A stretch of DNA of 64,000 nt from an uncultured Flavobacteriales bacterium (GCA_963933405.1 CAWVSS010000002.1:13860-77859); one strand, 5' to 3'; positions 19,591-30,985 are shown, counted from the first letter of the stretch. Notes: generated from the letters alone by a model not told the origin. Translations and numbers: made by a program.

Positions 19591-20126
19591 AAATAATAAA
19601 AAGTAGTTTATTTGTTTTTGGTTTAGCAATGCTGATGTACTCATGCACCAATTGTGAGAGTCAGAAAAACGTACCAATCTCACAACCTTCGGAAAATGAA
19701 ATCAGAGAGCAATTAATTAATGCGAACCGGTCTAGAGTAGAGGTTGAATCTGATAGAATTGACGGATATGTAAAACGTAGGAAATGGGATATGCAAAAAT
19801 CCGGAACGGGGTTAAGGTATATTATTTACAGGAAAGGAAACGGACCGTTGGTTAAGGAAGGAAACTTGGTTAAAGTAAATTTTGAAGTAAGTTTAATAAA
19901 CGGAGATATTTGTTATTCATCAGATTCAACTGGTGCAGATCAGTTTCAAGTTGGAATGGATCATGTTGAAACCGGTTTGCATGAAGCAATGCTTTTAATG
20001 AACAAAGGAGCAAAGGCTAAATTTATTTTACCATCGCATATAGCCCATGGATTGTTAGGAGATGAGAACAAAATACCGTCGAACGCCACTGTAATTTACG
20101 ATATTGAATTATTAGATTTTAAATGA
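19587..20126 (+). CDS. FKBP-type peptidyl-prolyl isomerase lipoprotein
   Basis: Lipobox LMYSC and an FKBP domain (VKVNFEVSLINGDICYSSD ... AKFILPSHIAHG). Confidence 0.85.
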   Translation: MKIIKSSLFVFGLAMLMYSCTNCESQKNVPISQPSENEIREQLINANRSRVEVESDRIDGYVKRRKWDMQKSGTGLRYIIYRKGNGPLVKEGNLVKVNFEVSLINGDICYSSDSTGADQFQVGMDHVETGLHEAMLLMNKGAKAKFILPSHIAHGLLGDENKIPSNATVIYDIELLDFK

Positions 20127-20998
20127 TTAAAAAAGGTTTCTTTTTTATATTAATTATAATCGCAACTTATGCTTGCAATTGGAGCGATTATGAAGGATAC
20201 TCAAAAACCATTTCTGGTTTACATTATCAGTTAAACTATATTGGTGATGGAGGAAACAGTCCAGTTGACGATGATTTCATTCAGTACAATTTGATTGTAA
20301 CAACTTTAAATGATTCCATTTTATATACGAACAATAATTCATTGACCGGTGGGTTGCAATGGGAAGCGTTTCATTTAGGCTCTCAGGGAGGAATAAATGA
20401 AGGTATTAGCATGATGCAAGTTGGCGATAGTGTAACATTTATAATAAATCTAGAAAGCTTAAGTTTTGAAGGCTCAAAAGCAGTTCCGTTTGTACCAGCC
20501 AGTCAAATAAAAGTAAAGGCTCAAATCAAGCTTCTAAAATTACATTCATCTGAAGAGCATAAAAGTTTTTTAACTAAACAAACTTGGAAAGAAGATGATG
20601 AAATGAATGAGATTATTGTACTCAATGAATTTTTGGAATTACAGAATATTGGTAATGAGAGTTTAAAAGATGGAATATACTTTATAGAGCATGAAATAGG
20701 TAAAGGGGCTTATCCTGAAAATGGAAAAGTGCTTTACGTTCATTATAAAGCTGGCTTTACTGACGGAACATTTTTAGATGATACTTATTTTATCGGACAT
20801 CCTTTAGAAGTAAGGCTCGGAGATCCTGGTCAAATGTTACCAGGGTTTGAGGTTGGTGTAAGAAGAATGAGAGTGGGAGGGCATGCAACTTTTATAATTC
20901 CCTCAATAAAGGGATTTGCCGAGCGGGGCTCTTCAAGCGGGTTAGTTAAACCTTTTCAAACCTTAATTTATGAGGTTGAATTGGTTGGCGTAAAGTAA
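20123..20998 (+). CDS. FKBP-type peptidyl-prolyl isomerase lipoprotein (two-domain)
   Basis: Lipobox ATYAC and a C-terminal FKBP domain (VLYVHYKAGFTDGTFLDDT, GFEVGVRRMRVGGHATFIIPS). Confidence 0.8.
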   Translation: MIKKGFFFILIIIATYACNWSDYEGYSKTISGLHYQLNYIGDGGNSPVDDDFIQYNLIVTTLNDSILYTNNNSLTGGLQWEAFHLGSQGGINEGISMMQVGDSVTFIINLESLSFEGSKAVPFVPASQIKVKAQIKLLKLHSSEEHKSFLTKQTWKEDDEMNEIIVLNEFLELQNIGNESLKDGIYFIEHEIGKGAYPENGKVLYVHYKAGFTDGTFLDDTYFIGHPLEVRLGDPGQMLPGFEVGVRRMRVGGHATFIIPSIKGFAERGSSSGLVKPFQTLIYEVELVGVK

Positions 20999-21187
20999 AA
21001 TTGACTTTATGTACTTAAATTGAAAGAGGTGAAACAAAGTTCCGCCTCTTTACCCAAACCAACCATCAAAAAATCTGCAGCTGTATGCTACATTATGAAA
21101 TTTTAACTTTTCAAAGTAACAATCAATTTCAATGTTTTAATTTAATATAAGTTACCTTGTAAAGGTTATTCATCGATTCATAAGTGT

Positions 21188-24007
21188 TTATTTACTAAGT
21201 TTAGTTTTTAAAAATTCACCTGTATATGACACTGTACATTCAGCCAATCCTTCCGGAGTTCCTTCGTAAACTAAACTACCTCCTTTTTGACCTCCTTCAG
21301 GTCCAAGATCAATTATCCAATCCGCGGTTTTAATTACATCAATATTGTGTTCAATTATTACAATTGAATGTCCATTATTTAACAACCTATTCAAGGAGTT
21401 TAGAAGCTTTTTTATATCGTCAAAGTGTAAGCCTGTAGTTGGTTCATCAAAAATAAACATAACCCTATCACTTTGTGCTCCTTTACTTAAAAAAGACGCA
21501 AGTTTGATTCTTTGAGCTTCACCACCGGATAAAGTATTTGAAGACTGCCCCATTTTAACATACCCTAAACCTACGTCTTGCAAAGGCTGTAATTTGTCGC
21601 TAATTCTTTTTAGAATAGCCTGATTCTCGTTTTGACCAAAAAACACAATCGCCTCATCAATGGTCATGTTTAATAAATCAGAAATGTTTTTATCGCGGTA
21701 TCTTATTTCTAAAATTTCGTCATTAAAACGATGACCATCGCAAGTTTCACAGTTTAGCTGAATATCAGCCATAAATTGCATTTCTACAGTTATAGTGCCT
21801 TCACCTTTACAGGTTTCGCACCTTCCTCCATCAACATTAAAACTGAAATGTGATGATCTGAAACCTCTTAGTTTTGACAGTTGAAGATCAGCATAAAAGC
21901 TTCTTATGTCGTCATAAGCTTTTATATAGGTAACAGGGTTTGACCTAGATGATTTTCCAATTGGGTGTTGATTTATAAATTCAACATGTTGAATAGAATT
22001 TAGGTTGCCTTCCAATCTATCAAAATCACCCATAACTGCGCCATAACCTCCAAAATGTCGTTGTAAAGCAGGGTATAAAACATTACCAATTAATGAACTT
22101 TTACCTGAGCCGCTTACACCTGTAACACAAACCAAACTTTTTAACGGAATCTTGATTGTTAAATTTTTAAGGTTGTTTTGGCGAGCACCGTGAATTGTAA
22201 TCCATTTTTGAGCAATCCTTCTTTGTTCAGGGATATCAATTTTTTTTACTCCAGACAAATATTGAAGTGTTAAGCTTTTCGAATCGCTGTTTGAAGTTGT
22301 GTAAGGTCCTTGATAAACCAATTCACCGCCGTTTGATCCTGCCTCAGGTCCAAGATCGATAAGTTGATCTGCCGCTTCCATTATTTCTTCGTCGTGCTCA
22401 ACTACAAGAACCGTGTTTCCTTGGTATTTTAATTTGTTTAGAACCTCAATAAGTCTTAATGTATCACGAGAGTGTAACCCAATACTTGGTTCATCAAGAA
22501 TGTAAGTAGAACCAACTAAGCTACTGCCTAATGAAGTAGCTAAGTTTATTCTTTGTGATTCCCCGCCTGATAGAGTAGAGGATAGTCGGTTTAGAGTTAA
22601 GTATCCTAATCCGACATCAATTAAATATTGTATTCTATTGTTGATTTCAATTAGCAGCCGTTTAGATACATTTTTTTCATAGTCTGTTAATTCTACACTA
22701 TTAAAAAAGTATGTTAATTCATTTACCGGAAGTAATACAAGTTCAGAAATGCTTTTACCTTGAATCAAAACATAGCTAGCATCTTTTCTTAATCGGGTAC
22801 CATTGCAATCAGGACATGAAGTTTTACCACGGTATCTTGACAACATAACCCTGAACTGTATTTTAAAAGAGTTTTCTTCAAGAAACTTGAAAAAAGAATG
22901 AAGTCCATCGAAATACTTATTACCTGACCACAGCAATTTATAATGCTCACTAGTTAATTCGTTTATTGGCTTATGAATAGGAAAATCAAATTTGTGAGAA
23001 TTAATAACCAACTGGTCTTTCCATTTACTCATTGATTCGCCTTTCCAGCAGGCTATTGCACCTTCATAAATTGATTTTGTTTTATTAGGTATTACTAATT
23101 TATCGTCAATGCCTATGACCGATCCAAAACCTTCACATGTTTTACAGGCTCCAAACGGATTATTAAAACTAAAGAAATGCGCAGATGGCTCCTCAAATAA
23201 TTCTCCGTCTAATTCAAACTTGTTGTTGAAAGTTGTTTTAATCCAGCTTCCTTTTTGATCTATTAAAATATTACACGACCCATTTCCTTCATAAAATGCG
23301 GTTTGAACGGAATCACTAATTCGATTTAAATTCTCTTCTGAATTCTCAGCTTTTACACGGTCAATTACAATATTTAAGTCTTCAACTTTAGGAAGCGGTT
23401 CTAATTTTTCAATTTCCTCGATTCTAAAAGTGGTATTATTAAGCAAAATCCGCGAAAACCCTTGCTTTTTAATTACTTCAAGCGTTTCTAATATAGGCTT
23501 TTTAATTTCGAATAGAGGCGAGGAGATTAATATTCGAGCTCCAAGTTCTTGACTTTCAATGAATTTAACAACATCCGAAACAGAATGCTTTTTTACCTCG
23601 TTTCCACTGATTGGGCTAATAGTTTTACCTATTCGGGTATAAAGTAGTTTTAAATAATCGTAGATTTCGGTAGTAGTACCAACTGTTGATCTGGGGTTTC
23701 TGGTATTTACCTTTTGTTCAATAGCAATGGCAGGTGAAATTCCATGAATTGCATCAACATCGGGCTTATCAAACCTACCTAAGAACTGTCGAGCATAAGA
23801 CGAAAGGCTTTCAACATATCTTCTTTGTCCTTCAGCATAAAGCGTATCGAAAGCTAGTGAAGACTTACCAGAGCCTGATAAACCTGTTATTACTACGAAA
23901 TTATTGCGAGGAATAGAAACATTAACATTTTTTAAGTTATGAACTCTTGCACCAATAATTTCTATGTTTTTGGTCTGCTTTAGCTTGTTAGATGAGGTTT
24001 TTGCCAT
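21188..24007 (-). CDS. uvrA: excinuclease ABC subunit UvrA
   Basis: Two ABC modules ([18 protein letters not shown]; [16 protein letters not shown]) and Zn-finger CxxC pairs. Start trimmed to MAKTSSNK (ATG at 24007). Confidence 0.95.
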   Translation of the reverse strand: MAKTSSNKLKQTKNIEIIGARVHNLKNVNVSIPRNNFVVITGLSGSGKSSLAFDTLYAEGQRRYVESLSSYARQFLGRFDKPDVDAIHGISPAIAIEQKVNTRNPRSTVGTTTEIYDYLKLLYTRIGKTISPISGNEVKKHSVSDVVKFIESQELGARILISSPLFEIKKPILETLEVIKKQGFSRILLNNTTFRIEEIEKLEPLPKVEDLNIVIDRVKAENSEENLNRISDSVQTAFYEGNGSCNILIDQKGSWIKTTFNNKFELDGELFEEPSAHFFSFNNPFGACKTCEGFGSVIGIDDKLVIPNKTKSIYEGAIACWKGESMSKWKDQLVINSHKFDFPIHKPINELTSEHYKLLWSGNKYFDGLHSFFKFLEENSFKIQFRVMLSRYRGKTSCPDCNGTRLRKDASYVLIQGKSISELVLLPVNELTYFFNSVELTDYEKNVSKRLLIEINNRIQYLIDVGLGYLTLNRLSSTLSGGESQRINLATSLGSSLVGSTYILDEPSIGLHSRDTLRLIEVLNKLKYQGNTVLVVEHDEEIMEAADQLIDLGPEAGSNGGELVYQGPYTTSNSDSKSLTLQYLSGVKKIDIPEQRRIAQKWITIHGARQNNLKNLTIKIPLKSLVCVTGVSGSGKSSLIGNVLYPALQRHFGGYGAVMGDFDRLEGNLNSIQHVEFINQHPIGKSSRSNPVTYIKAYDDIRSFYADLQLSKLRGFRSSHFSFNVDGGRCETCKGEGTITVEMQFMADIQLNCETCDGHRFNDEILEIRYRDKNISDLLNMTIDEAIVFFGQNENQAILKRISDKLQPLQDVGLGYVKMGQSSNTLSGGEAQRIKLASFLSKGAQSDRVMFIFDEPTTGLHFDDIKKLLNSLNRLLNNGHSIVIIEHNIDVIKTADWIIDLGPEGGQKGGSLVYEGTPEGLAECTVSYTGEFLKTKLSK

Positions 24008-24197
24008 GTTAATTTTTGAAATCGGGCAAAGGTACATGTAATAGTTTCAGAAACTTTAATTTGTTTATTCCAATTTTATTCCCACATTTGCTTCTCACTT
24101 GAACAAATCAAGTAATAAACTAAAAGAATTCGCCTATAGCATAATAGTTACTTTAACCAGTTAGTCCTTTATTAAACTAGCACAAATAGTAAGTATT

Positions 24198-24785
24198 ATG
24201 CAATTCACTCAATTAACAGACACTGAATTAGTTCGTAAATACCAAAGTGGTAGCGAACATGCCTTAGAAGAAATCATTGGTCGTCATAAAGACCGACTGT
24301 TCGGTTATATACGAATGATGGTGAAAGACTCAGCATTAGCTGAAGATATTTTTCAGGATACTTTTATTAAGGTAATTAAAACATTAAAAGCCGGAAATTA
24401 TAGCGAAGAGGGAAAGTTTTTACCTTGGGTTATGCGTATCGCTCATAATTTAATTATTGATCATTTCAGAAAGGAAAAAAGAATGCCTACCTATAGTGGT
24501 ACTGACACCTTCGATATTTTTGATGTTATTAAAAGCGAGGATAAAAATGTAGATCAAGAAATGTTTTGGGGGCAAGTTTACGAGGATGTAAAAAAACTAG
24601 TTGATTTTTTACCTGAAGAGCAAAAACAGGTTTTGAATATGCGTCTTTACAATGAGATGAGTTTTAAAGATATAGCTGAAGAAACGAATGTTAGTATCAA
24701 TACAGCGCTAGGTAGAATGAGGTATGCTTTAATCAACATGCGAAAGATGATTGCTGAAAACAATATGGTGATGACAGAAGAGTAA
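24198..24785 (+). CDS. ECF-type RNA polymerase sigma-70 family factor
   Basis: Region 2 (DIFQDTFIKV, WVMRIAHNLIIDHFR) and a region 4 HTH (SFKDIAEETNVSINTALGRMRYA). Confidence 0.85.
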   Translation: MQFTQLTDTELVRKYQSGSEHALEEIIGRHKDRLFGYIRMMVKDSALAEDIFQDTFIKVIKTLKAGNYSEEGKFLPWVMRIAHNLIIDHFRKEKRMPTYSGTDTFDIFDVIKSEDKNVDQEMFWGQVYEDVKKLVDFLPEEQKQVLNMRLYNEMSFKDIAEETNVSINTALGRMRYALINMRKMIAENNMVMTEE

Positions 24786-24837
24786 ACAATAAAGTAATTG
24801 TAGTTGCGTTTGATGCTCATGTTTAATCGTTTAAAGA

Positions 24838-25041
24838 TTGTGTATGAATAAAACTACTACCTTAGAAGAGCTGACTTCTTTTACTCAAACAGAACAAGTT
24901 TTACTAAAAAACTTAAACTTAGTAAATGAGGTCGAAGTAAAACCAAGCAAAAAATCTGTTGAATTTATTTTGAATTACTCAAAATGTTATTCATCAAGAA
25001 AATCAAAATTGATAAAATCAATAAACACTGTTCTAAACTAA
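24838..25041 (+). CDS. small hypothetical protein downstream of the ECF sigma
   Basis: ORF only. There is no TM helix and no zinc-binding anti-sigma motif. The real start may be the ATG at 24844. Confidence 0.3.
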   Translation: MCMNKTTTLEELTSFTQTEQVLLKNLNLVNEVEVKPSKKSVEFILNYSKCYSSRKSKLIKSINTVLN

Positions 25042-25065
25042 AAGAAAACCCGACTTGTTCTTTTT

Positions 25066-25704
25066 TTATGGCCAAAGACTTTTTCGTAAAAGTAACTTGT
25101 CTATTGGACTAGTTTCAGGTTTTAAACCTCTAGAAGGACTATATTCACGGCCGTAGTAAATTATTTGAAGATGCAATTTGTTCCACAAATTTTCAGGAAA
25201 TAAACGTTTAGCGTCTTTTTCTGTTTGAGTAACATTTTTACCATTTGTTAAGCCCCAACGGTACATTAATCTATGTATATGGGTATCAACCGGAAAGGCA
25301 GGAACACCGAATGCTTGAGACATTACTACAGAAGCAGTTTTATGTCCCACGCCTGGAAGTTGTTCTAAATCGTCAAATGACTGAGGGACGACGCCATTAA
25401 ACTTATCTACTAAAATATTAGAAAGGGTATAAATCGCTTTTGATTTTTGTGGAGACAGGCCACAAGGACGAATAATAGCTTTAATATCTTCTACTTCTTG
25501 TTTTGCCATATCAAAAGGGTTGTTTGATAATGTAAACAAAGCTGGCGTTACTTTATTTACTCGCACGTCAGTGCACTGTGCAGAAAGTAAAACAGCAATT
25601 AATAAAGTATAAGGATCAGAATGGTCTAATGGAATAGGAGTAGTTGGGTAAAGATTCTCTAAAGTTTTGATTACAAATTGAACCTTTTTTTGCTTGGTCA
25701 TCAA
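25066..25704 (-). CDS. nth: endonuclease III (Nth) family DNA glycosylase, variant without Fe-S cysteine ligands
   Basis: HhH-GPD motifs (LPGVGHKTASVV, VDTHIHR). The C-terminal tail YYGREYSPSRGLKPETSPIDKL lacks all Cys residues. Confidence 0.85.
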   Translation of the reverse strand: MMTKQKKVQFVIKTLENLYPTTPIPLDHSDPYTLLIAVLLSAQCTDVRVNKVTPALFTLSNNPFDMAKQEVEDIKAIIRPCGLSPQKSKAIYTLSNILVDKFNGVVPQSFDDLEQLPGVGHKTASVVMSQAFGVPAFPVDTHIHRLMYRWGLTNGKNVTQTEKDAKRLFPENLWNKLHLQIIYYGREYSPSRGLKPETSPIDKLLLRKSLWP

Positions 25705-25725
25705 TTTTAAAAGTTCTAATCGAAA

Positions 25726-26100
25726 CTAATTTGGAAAAAACGTGAAATTTATCCCAGTAATATCACAGTAATCTTTACCTGTATCATATAAATCTTCATC
25801 ATCTTCATCGTAATACCACTCAACACTGGTTTTTTTACCTTTTAGATTTAACTCTTTTAGTCTACACAATATATCAAGCATGAGTTTGGAAGATGCGGTG
25901 TTTATGTATTCCATTTTGCAGATAACTCTTGTATCTAAACCTGGGTTTTCAAGATATTCATTTATCCAATTAATGATTGGTTTGAAAAAACCGTGAACAT
26001 CTTCAGGGAGAGACTTACCGTAAAATTCAATTTTCCCGGTTGACCCATTAAGGTAAACACCTGGTGTGCTTGACGTTTGTTTAATTGTTAAATCTTGCAT
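25726..26100 (-). CDS. DUF1987 (SiaC-like) protein
   Basis: N-terminus TPGVYLNGSTGKIEFYGKSLPEDVHGFFKPIINWI and a size of 124 aa match my memory of DUF1987. Confidence 0.55.
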   Translation of the reverse strand: MQDLTIKQTSSTPGVYLNGSTGKIEFYGKSLPEDVHGFFKPIINWINEYLENPGLDTRVICKMEYINTASSKLMLDILCRLKELNLKGKKTSVEWYYDEDDEDLYDTGKDYCDITGINFTFFPN

Positions 26101-26319
26101 TGTATTTTAAAGACAATAAGCACAAATGTACAAATGAAATTTATGTTATAATTAAATATTCAGCTTTTCTTGTCTAAGAAGTTTACTGAAAATATCAGCT
26201 GTATCTTGTATGTTTGTACAAAGAATTCAATAGGTACTGTTTAACGGCATATAGTAAAGTTGTTGCAGTTAACTTGGGTTTAGAATCTCATACGAGGAAA
26301 TCTATAAATTGTTTGAATA

Positions 26320-26772
26320 ATGTTAAAAGTAGGTGATAAAATTCCGATTTTAAAAGGAATTAATCAAGACGGGAAAGAATTATTAATTAACGACTTTGAA
26401 GGTGATAAATTAATAGTATTTATTTACCCGAAAGATAGCACTCCAGGCTGCACCATGGAAGCGTGTAATTTACGTGATAACTATGAGTTGCTTATGAGTA
26501 AAGGTTTTAGTATTATAGGTATAAGTGCTGATAGTGCAAAGAGACATCAAAATTTCATCATAAAAAATCAGTTGCCATTTAATCTAATTGCTGATGAATC
26601 GAAAGACATATTAAATTCTTTCGGAGTATGGGGACCTAAAAAATTTATGGGAAAAGAGTATGAGGGTATTCATAGAACGACCTTTGTTGTTGATAAAGGC
26701 GGAGTTGTTGAAAGAGTTTTTGAAAAAGTAAAAACGAAAGATCACACCAATCAAATTTTAAAATCGTATTAA
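26320..26772 (+). CDS. bcp: thiol peroxidase / peroxiredoxin Bcp
   Basis: FIYPKDSTPGCTMEAC peroxidatic Cys motif; 150 aa. Confidence 0.9.
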   Translation: MLKVGDKIPILKGINQDGKELLINDFEGDKLIVFIYPKDSTPGCTMEACNLRDNYELLMSKGFSIIGISADSAKRHQNFIIKNQLPFNLIADESKDILNSFGVWGPKKFMGKEYEGIHRTTFVVDKGGVVERVFEKVKTKDHTNQILKSY

Positions 26773-26841
26773 AAAATTCACGCAATTTTTAAAACGTAAA
26801 TAGATTACGTTTAAGGTATGTAACATTGTAAAAAATATAAA

Positions 26842-27846
26842 ATGGCAAAAGAAGTAAGTAAAGAAAAATTAAAGGCCCTACAGTTGGCCATGGATAAACT
26901 AGAAAAAAATTATGGTAAAGGAACCATAATGAGAATGGGTGATAACCCAGTTGAAACGAATATAGAAGTTATTCCTTCAGGCTCATTAACTTTAGATCTT
27001 GCTTTGGGCATAAGTGGCTATCCTAAAGGTCGAGTAGTTGAGATTTATGGCCCTGAATCATCAGGTAAGACAACTTTGGCAATACATGCTATTGCAGAAG
27101 TACAAAAACAAGGAGGGGTTGCTGCTTTCATTGATGCTGAACATGCTTTTGATCGTTTTTATGCTGAAAACTTAGGAGTTGATACTGAAAACCTATTGAT
27201 TTCTCAACCTGACAATGGTGAGCAAGCGCTTGAAATTACTGAAAATTTGATAAGATCAGGAGCAATTGATTTAGTTGTTATTGATTCAGTAGCGGCATTG
27301 ACGCCTAAAGCAGAGATTGAAGGTGAAATGGGTGATTCTATTATTGGTCTACAAGCTAGGTTGATGTCGCAAGCGTTGAGAAAATTAACAGGCACCATTA
27401 GCAGAACCGGATGTTGCTGTATTTTCATCAATCAATTGAGAGAGAAAATAGGTGTAATGTTCGGCAACCCTGAAACTACTACAGGTGGAAATGCACTTAA
27501 ATTTTATTCTTCAATTAGGATTGATATTAGACGTTCAACGCAAATTAAAAATGGCGACGATGTTATCGGTAATAGGGTTAAAGTTAAAATTGTTAAAAAT
27601 AAAGTAGCACCTCCTTTTAGAAGAGCTGAATTTGATATGATGTATGGTTTAGGTATATCAAAAACAGGTGAAATATTGGATTTAGCGGTTGACCATGAAA
27701 TTGTTAAGAAAAGTGGATCATGGTTTAGTTATGGTGAAACCAGATTAGGTCAAGGAAGAGATTCTGTTAAACAACTAATTGGCGATAACCCTGAGTTAGC
27801 TGAGGAGCTAGAATTAAAAATTAAAGAAGTTCTCACTGCTAAATGA
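26842..27846 (+). CDS. recA: recombinase RecA
   Basis: GPESSGKTT Walker A, FIDAEHA and [27 protein letters not shown]. Confidence 0.97.
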   Translation: MAKEVSKEKLKALQLAMDKLEKNYGKGTIMRMGDNPVETNIEVIPSGSLTLDLALGISGYPKGRVVEIYGPESSGKTTLAIHAIAEVQKQGGVAAFIDAEHAFDRFYAENLGVDTENLLISQPDNGEQALEITENLIRSGAIDLVVIDSVAALTPKAEIEGEMGDSIIGLQARLMSQALRKLTGTISRTGCCCIFINQLREKIGVMFGNPETTTGGNALKFYSSIRIDIRRSTQIKNGDDVIGNRVKVKIVKNKVAPPFRRAEFDMMYGLGISKTGEILDLAVDHEIVKKSGSWFSYGETRLGQGRDSVKQLIGDNPELAEELELKIKEVLTAK

Positions 27847-28859
27847 TAAACAGATTTTTTTTAGGATTTATTGGCATTGTTTTCTTGATATCGTGCAATA
27901 ACTATGCAGGTTCAGAGAACTTAGCCACCAAACCAGATGTTCAGCAAGTTACTGCACCTAGTGAAATAGACTCAATAAACGGTGAAATAAAAAAACAACC
28001 AAACAACGATTTGCTCTATCAAAATAGGGCAAAATTGTTGGTTGTTGAAGAACGTTTTGAAGAGGCCCAGAATGATCTTGAAAGAGCAATTGCTATTGAC
28101 AGTTTAAATGCAGATCATTATGTATTGTTGTCCACCTTAAAGTTTAGAGAGTTTAAATCAGAGGATGCGAAAGAGCTGTTGGAAAAGGCATTGAAATTTT
28201 CTCCTGAACACGTATTAGCTAATTTAAAACTAGGGGAGCTTTATTTGTTTGTGGACGAGTTTGGTTTGGCTTTAGATTATGTGAATGGTGCATTGAAAGC
28301 GGATAAATACAACGCCGATGGTTATTTTCTTAAAGGAATGATTTATAAAATGGCAGGTGATACAGCTAAGGCTGTTAGTACATTTCAAACCTGTGTAGAA
28401 CAAAATCCAGATCATTATAATGGGTTTATTCAGCTAGGTCTTATCTATGCCTCAATTAATGATGATATTGCTATTGCATATTACAACAATGCACTTCAAA
28501 TATATCCTCTATCTACAGAGGCTTTGTACAATATGGCATTGTATTATCAAAACACGGAAAGAATAGCTTTAGCGGATAAAACTTACGACAAAATAATTGA
28601 AACCAATCCTGAGTATTTTATTGCTTATTACAACAAGGCTTTTTTAAGATTGGTTTATTCTACAGATTACGATTCGGCAATATATTTCTTTGATAAAACT
28701 TTAGATTACGATGAAACGTACTTTGAAGCCTTTTACAACAAGGGTTATGCTTATGAATTAAAAGGTGATAATAAAAATGCTGCTGCAGGTTATAAAAGTG
28801 CTTTGGCTTTAAAACCTGACTTTACACTTGCGGCAAAAGGGTTAAATAGAGTTCAGTAG
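27843..28859 (+). CDS. TPR-repeat lipoprotein
   Basis: Lipobox FLISC and repeated TPR-like 34-aa units ([29 protein letters not shown]). ATGA overlap with recA. Confidence 0.7.
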   Translation: MINRFFLGFIGIVFLISCNNYAGSENLATKPDVQQVTAPSEIDSINGEIKKQPNNDLLYQNRAKLLVVEERFEEAQNDLERAIAIDSLNADHYVLLSTLKFREFKSEDAKELLEKALKFSPEHVLANLKLGELYLFVDEFGLALDYVNGALKADKYNADGYFLKGMIYKMAGDTAKAVSTFQTCVEQNPDHYNGFIQLGLIYASINDDIAIAYYNNALQIYPLSTEALYNMALYYQNTERIALADKTYDKIIETNPEYFIAYYNKAFLRLVYSTDYDSAIYFFDKTLDYDETYFEAFYNKGYAYELKGDNKNAAAGYKSALALKPDFTLAAKGLNRVQ

Positions 28860-28868
28860 ACCACTGGT

Positions 28869-30287
28869 CTATTTTAGCTTGATCCTTCTTTTATATTCTG
28901 TCTCAGAATTGACTTCCATAATAAACTGTGACTTACTAAAAGTAACTAACACCTGGTTATTATATAGGTTTAAACTTACAGGAAATTGATGTGATTTCAC
29001 ACTTTCAAAAATTAATTCTTTAGTTAATGTAAGTGATGTTAAGTCAATGATTGATAACTTTTTAAGATAACTATCTAGTATCCAAATAGTATTGTTTAGA
29101 ACAATAATATCTGAGGAATTGATATGATTTAAATCCCAATTGAAAGCAGGAGTATTTAATTTTCCTTTTTGAAGCTTCCGAATCAAATTGTATCCTTCAT
29201 CTAAAGTAAATAGATGGTCTTGATGCGTGACTATTTTCGTTGGGTACAAGCAACCCGCTTCATACCTAAATCCATCTCTAAAAAAGGTACTAACCATACC
29301 ATCGCCAACATAATAATCCCCATCCTCAGATGATAAATTATAATTCCAAATTTGATGTGAACCAGTACAACTTACATACAAATCATTTCTATTAATCCTT
29401 AATCCTGTTGGGTATGCAATGGTCTCGTTGAACGATTTTCTTGCAATCCTAATTTCTTCTCTTTTCTGATTTCCAATTAATGAAAGTATCGAATCAGAAG
29501 TTAGGTTGAATGCACTAACCATGTGCTTGTTTGGTTGGGTGAAAAATAAAACATTATGTTCTGCATCATATACTTGATCGTAAACTTTTTCATTTAGCTT
29601 ATAACTTGTATTTGAAGTCTCTTTAAATTGATTATCATAAGTTTTAAAAGCCATATCAGTATTGTCAGAAATCACAAAATGATCGTTCTTTAATTTGGTT
29701 AACCTTTGATAATTCTTCTTCTTTTCTTTAAACCTATAAATCAGCTTATAAAGTTCATTAGAATCGGTAGCAACATTTGCTTCAGCCAAAATATCTTTTG
29801 AATAAGGAATAAGTCCATTTATAAAATCATCCATCATGGAGGATGCATAGATCTTTCCAGTAGGATAAATAACCACAATACTAGGTGTTTCTTCCACTTG
29901 CATTAGTTTAATCAGCGTACTGTCCTTATCAAGAATAATAGGAAAGGTTGGCTTTGATTTACTTAGCAGTACTTTGTAGTAATTCAGATTAAAATCTGAT
30001 GGGCTGGGAGTAGGGCTGACTAAATATACTTGAAAGTTTTTTAATTCAGCGGTAACCTTCTTAAGTTCATTAATTATGAGTTCACCTTCATAGCTATGTA
30101 GTTTGCAGAAAACAAACAGGTTTATTTTCTTTTCTAGGTTTTCCTGCGTGATTTTTTTTGAATTGATCGGATTGATTCCGACAAGGTTGTCCCAATTAAT
30201 TTTAGACTCACTTGTGAATTCATTTTGCTGAGCAAACAATATTGCAGTAAAATAACAGAACAGTAAAGTGGCAATAACTTTTTTCAT
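28869..30287 (-). CDS. secreted protein: thioredoxin-like N-terminal domain lacking CxxC + putative beta-propeller
   Basis: Signal peptide MKKVIATLLFCYFTAILFAQ. A Trx-fold-like INLFVFCKLHSYEG sits where W-C-x-x-C would be. The C-terminal half is repetitive and beta-rich. Start trimmed to the ATG at 30287. Confidence 0.4.
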   Translation of the reverse strand: MKKVIATLLFCYFTAILFAQQNEFTSESKINWDNLVGINPINSKKITQENLEKKINLFVFCKLHSYEGELIINELKKVTAELKNFQVYLVSPTPSPSDFNLNYYKVLLSKSKPTFPIILDKDSTLIKLMQVEETPSIVVIYPTGKIYASSMMDDFINGLIPYSKDILAEANVATDSNELYKLIYRFKEKKKNYQRLTKLKNDHFVISDNTDMAFKTYDNQFKETSNTSYKLNEKVYDQVYDAEHNVLFFTQPNKHMVSAFNLTSDSILSLIGNQKREEIRIARKSFNETIAYPTGLRINRNDLYVSCTGSHQIWNYNLSSEDGDYYVGDGMVSTFFRDGFRYEAGCLYPTKIVTHQDHLFTLDEGYNLIRKLQKGKLNTPAFNWDLNHINSSDIIVLNNTIWILDSYLKKLSIIDLTSLTLTKELIFESVKSHQFPVSLNLYNNQVLVTFSKSQFIMEVNSETEYKRRIKLK

Positions 30288-30344
30288 AAAACAAAAAAAG
30301 GGAGCATTATGCTCCCCTTTTAACACCCAAAAAATAAGGTTAAC

Positions 30345-30689
30345 TTATTTAATTTTATTTACGACAGCTTTAAATGCATCAGGATGATTAAGAGCTAAAT
30401 CAGCTAAAACCTTACGATTAAGTTTGATGTTTGCTGCATTTAATTTACCCATAAATACTGAATAAGACATATCATACTCTCTTGAGGCAGCGTTAATACG
30501 TGCAATCCAAAGTGCTCTGAAATTTCTTTTTTTCTTTTTTCTATCGCTGTACGCGTATGTTAAACCTTTTTCAACCGCGTTTTTTGCAACGGTCCATACA
30601 TTTTTTCTTCTTCCAAAGTAACCTTTGGCTTGCTTCATTACCTTTTTTCTTCTGGCTTTTGAAGCTACTGAATTTACTGATCTTGGCAT
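30345..30689 (-). CDS. rplT: 50S ribosomal protein L20
   Basis: [30 protein letters not shown]. Confidence 0.95.
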   Translation of the reverse strand: MPRSVNSVASKARRKKVMKQAKGYFGRRKNVWTVAKNAVEKGLTYAYSDRKKKKRNFRALWIARINAASREYDMSYSVFMGKLNAANIKLNRKVLADLALNHPDAFKAVVNKIK

Positions 30690-30784
30690 AATTTTAAGTT
30701 TTTTTGGTAGGAAGCGATTCTAAATTAGAATTCTTTAAGGCTCAATACCTGGTTAAACAATTTTTAATAAACCTAATTATTCGG

Positions 30785-30979
30785 TTACTTTACTAGCAAT
30801 CTTTTGATGTTCTTCAAATCTGCTTTGTGAACCAATCCATCTTTTGCTAATCTTTCCTTACGTTTCTTTTCTTTCTTCGTAAGAATGTGATTTTTAAAAG
30901 CATGCTTTCTTTTTATTTTTCCGGAGCCGGTCACTTTGAACCTTTTTTTGGCACTAGAATTTGTTTTCATTTTTGGCAT
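30785..30979 (-). CDS. rpmI: 50S ribosomal protein L35
   Basis: [36 protein letters not shown]. Confidence 0.95.
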   Translation of the reverse strand: MPKMKTNSSAKKRFKVTGSGKIKRKHAFKNHILTKKEKKRKERLAKDGLVHKADLKNIKRLLVK

Positions 30980-30985
30980 TTTCTA

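Noticed and set aside
26792-26812. 8-bp hairpin aaacgtaa/ttacgttt after bcp as a terminator
   Set aside because: No U-tract follows it, so I could not support it as an intrinsic terminator.
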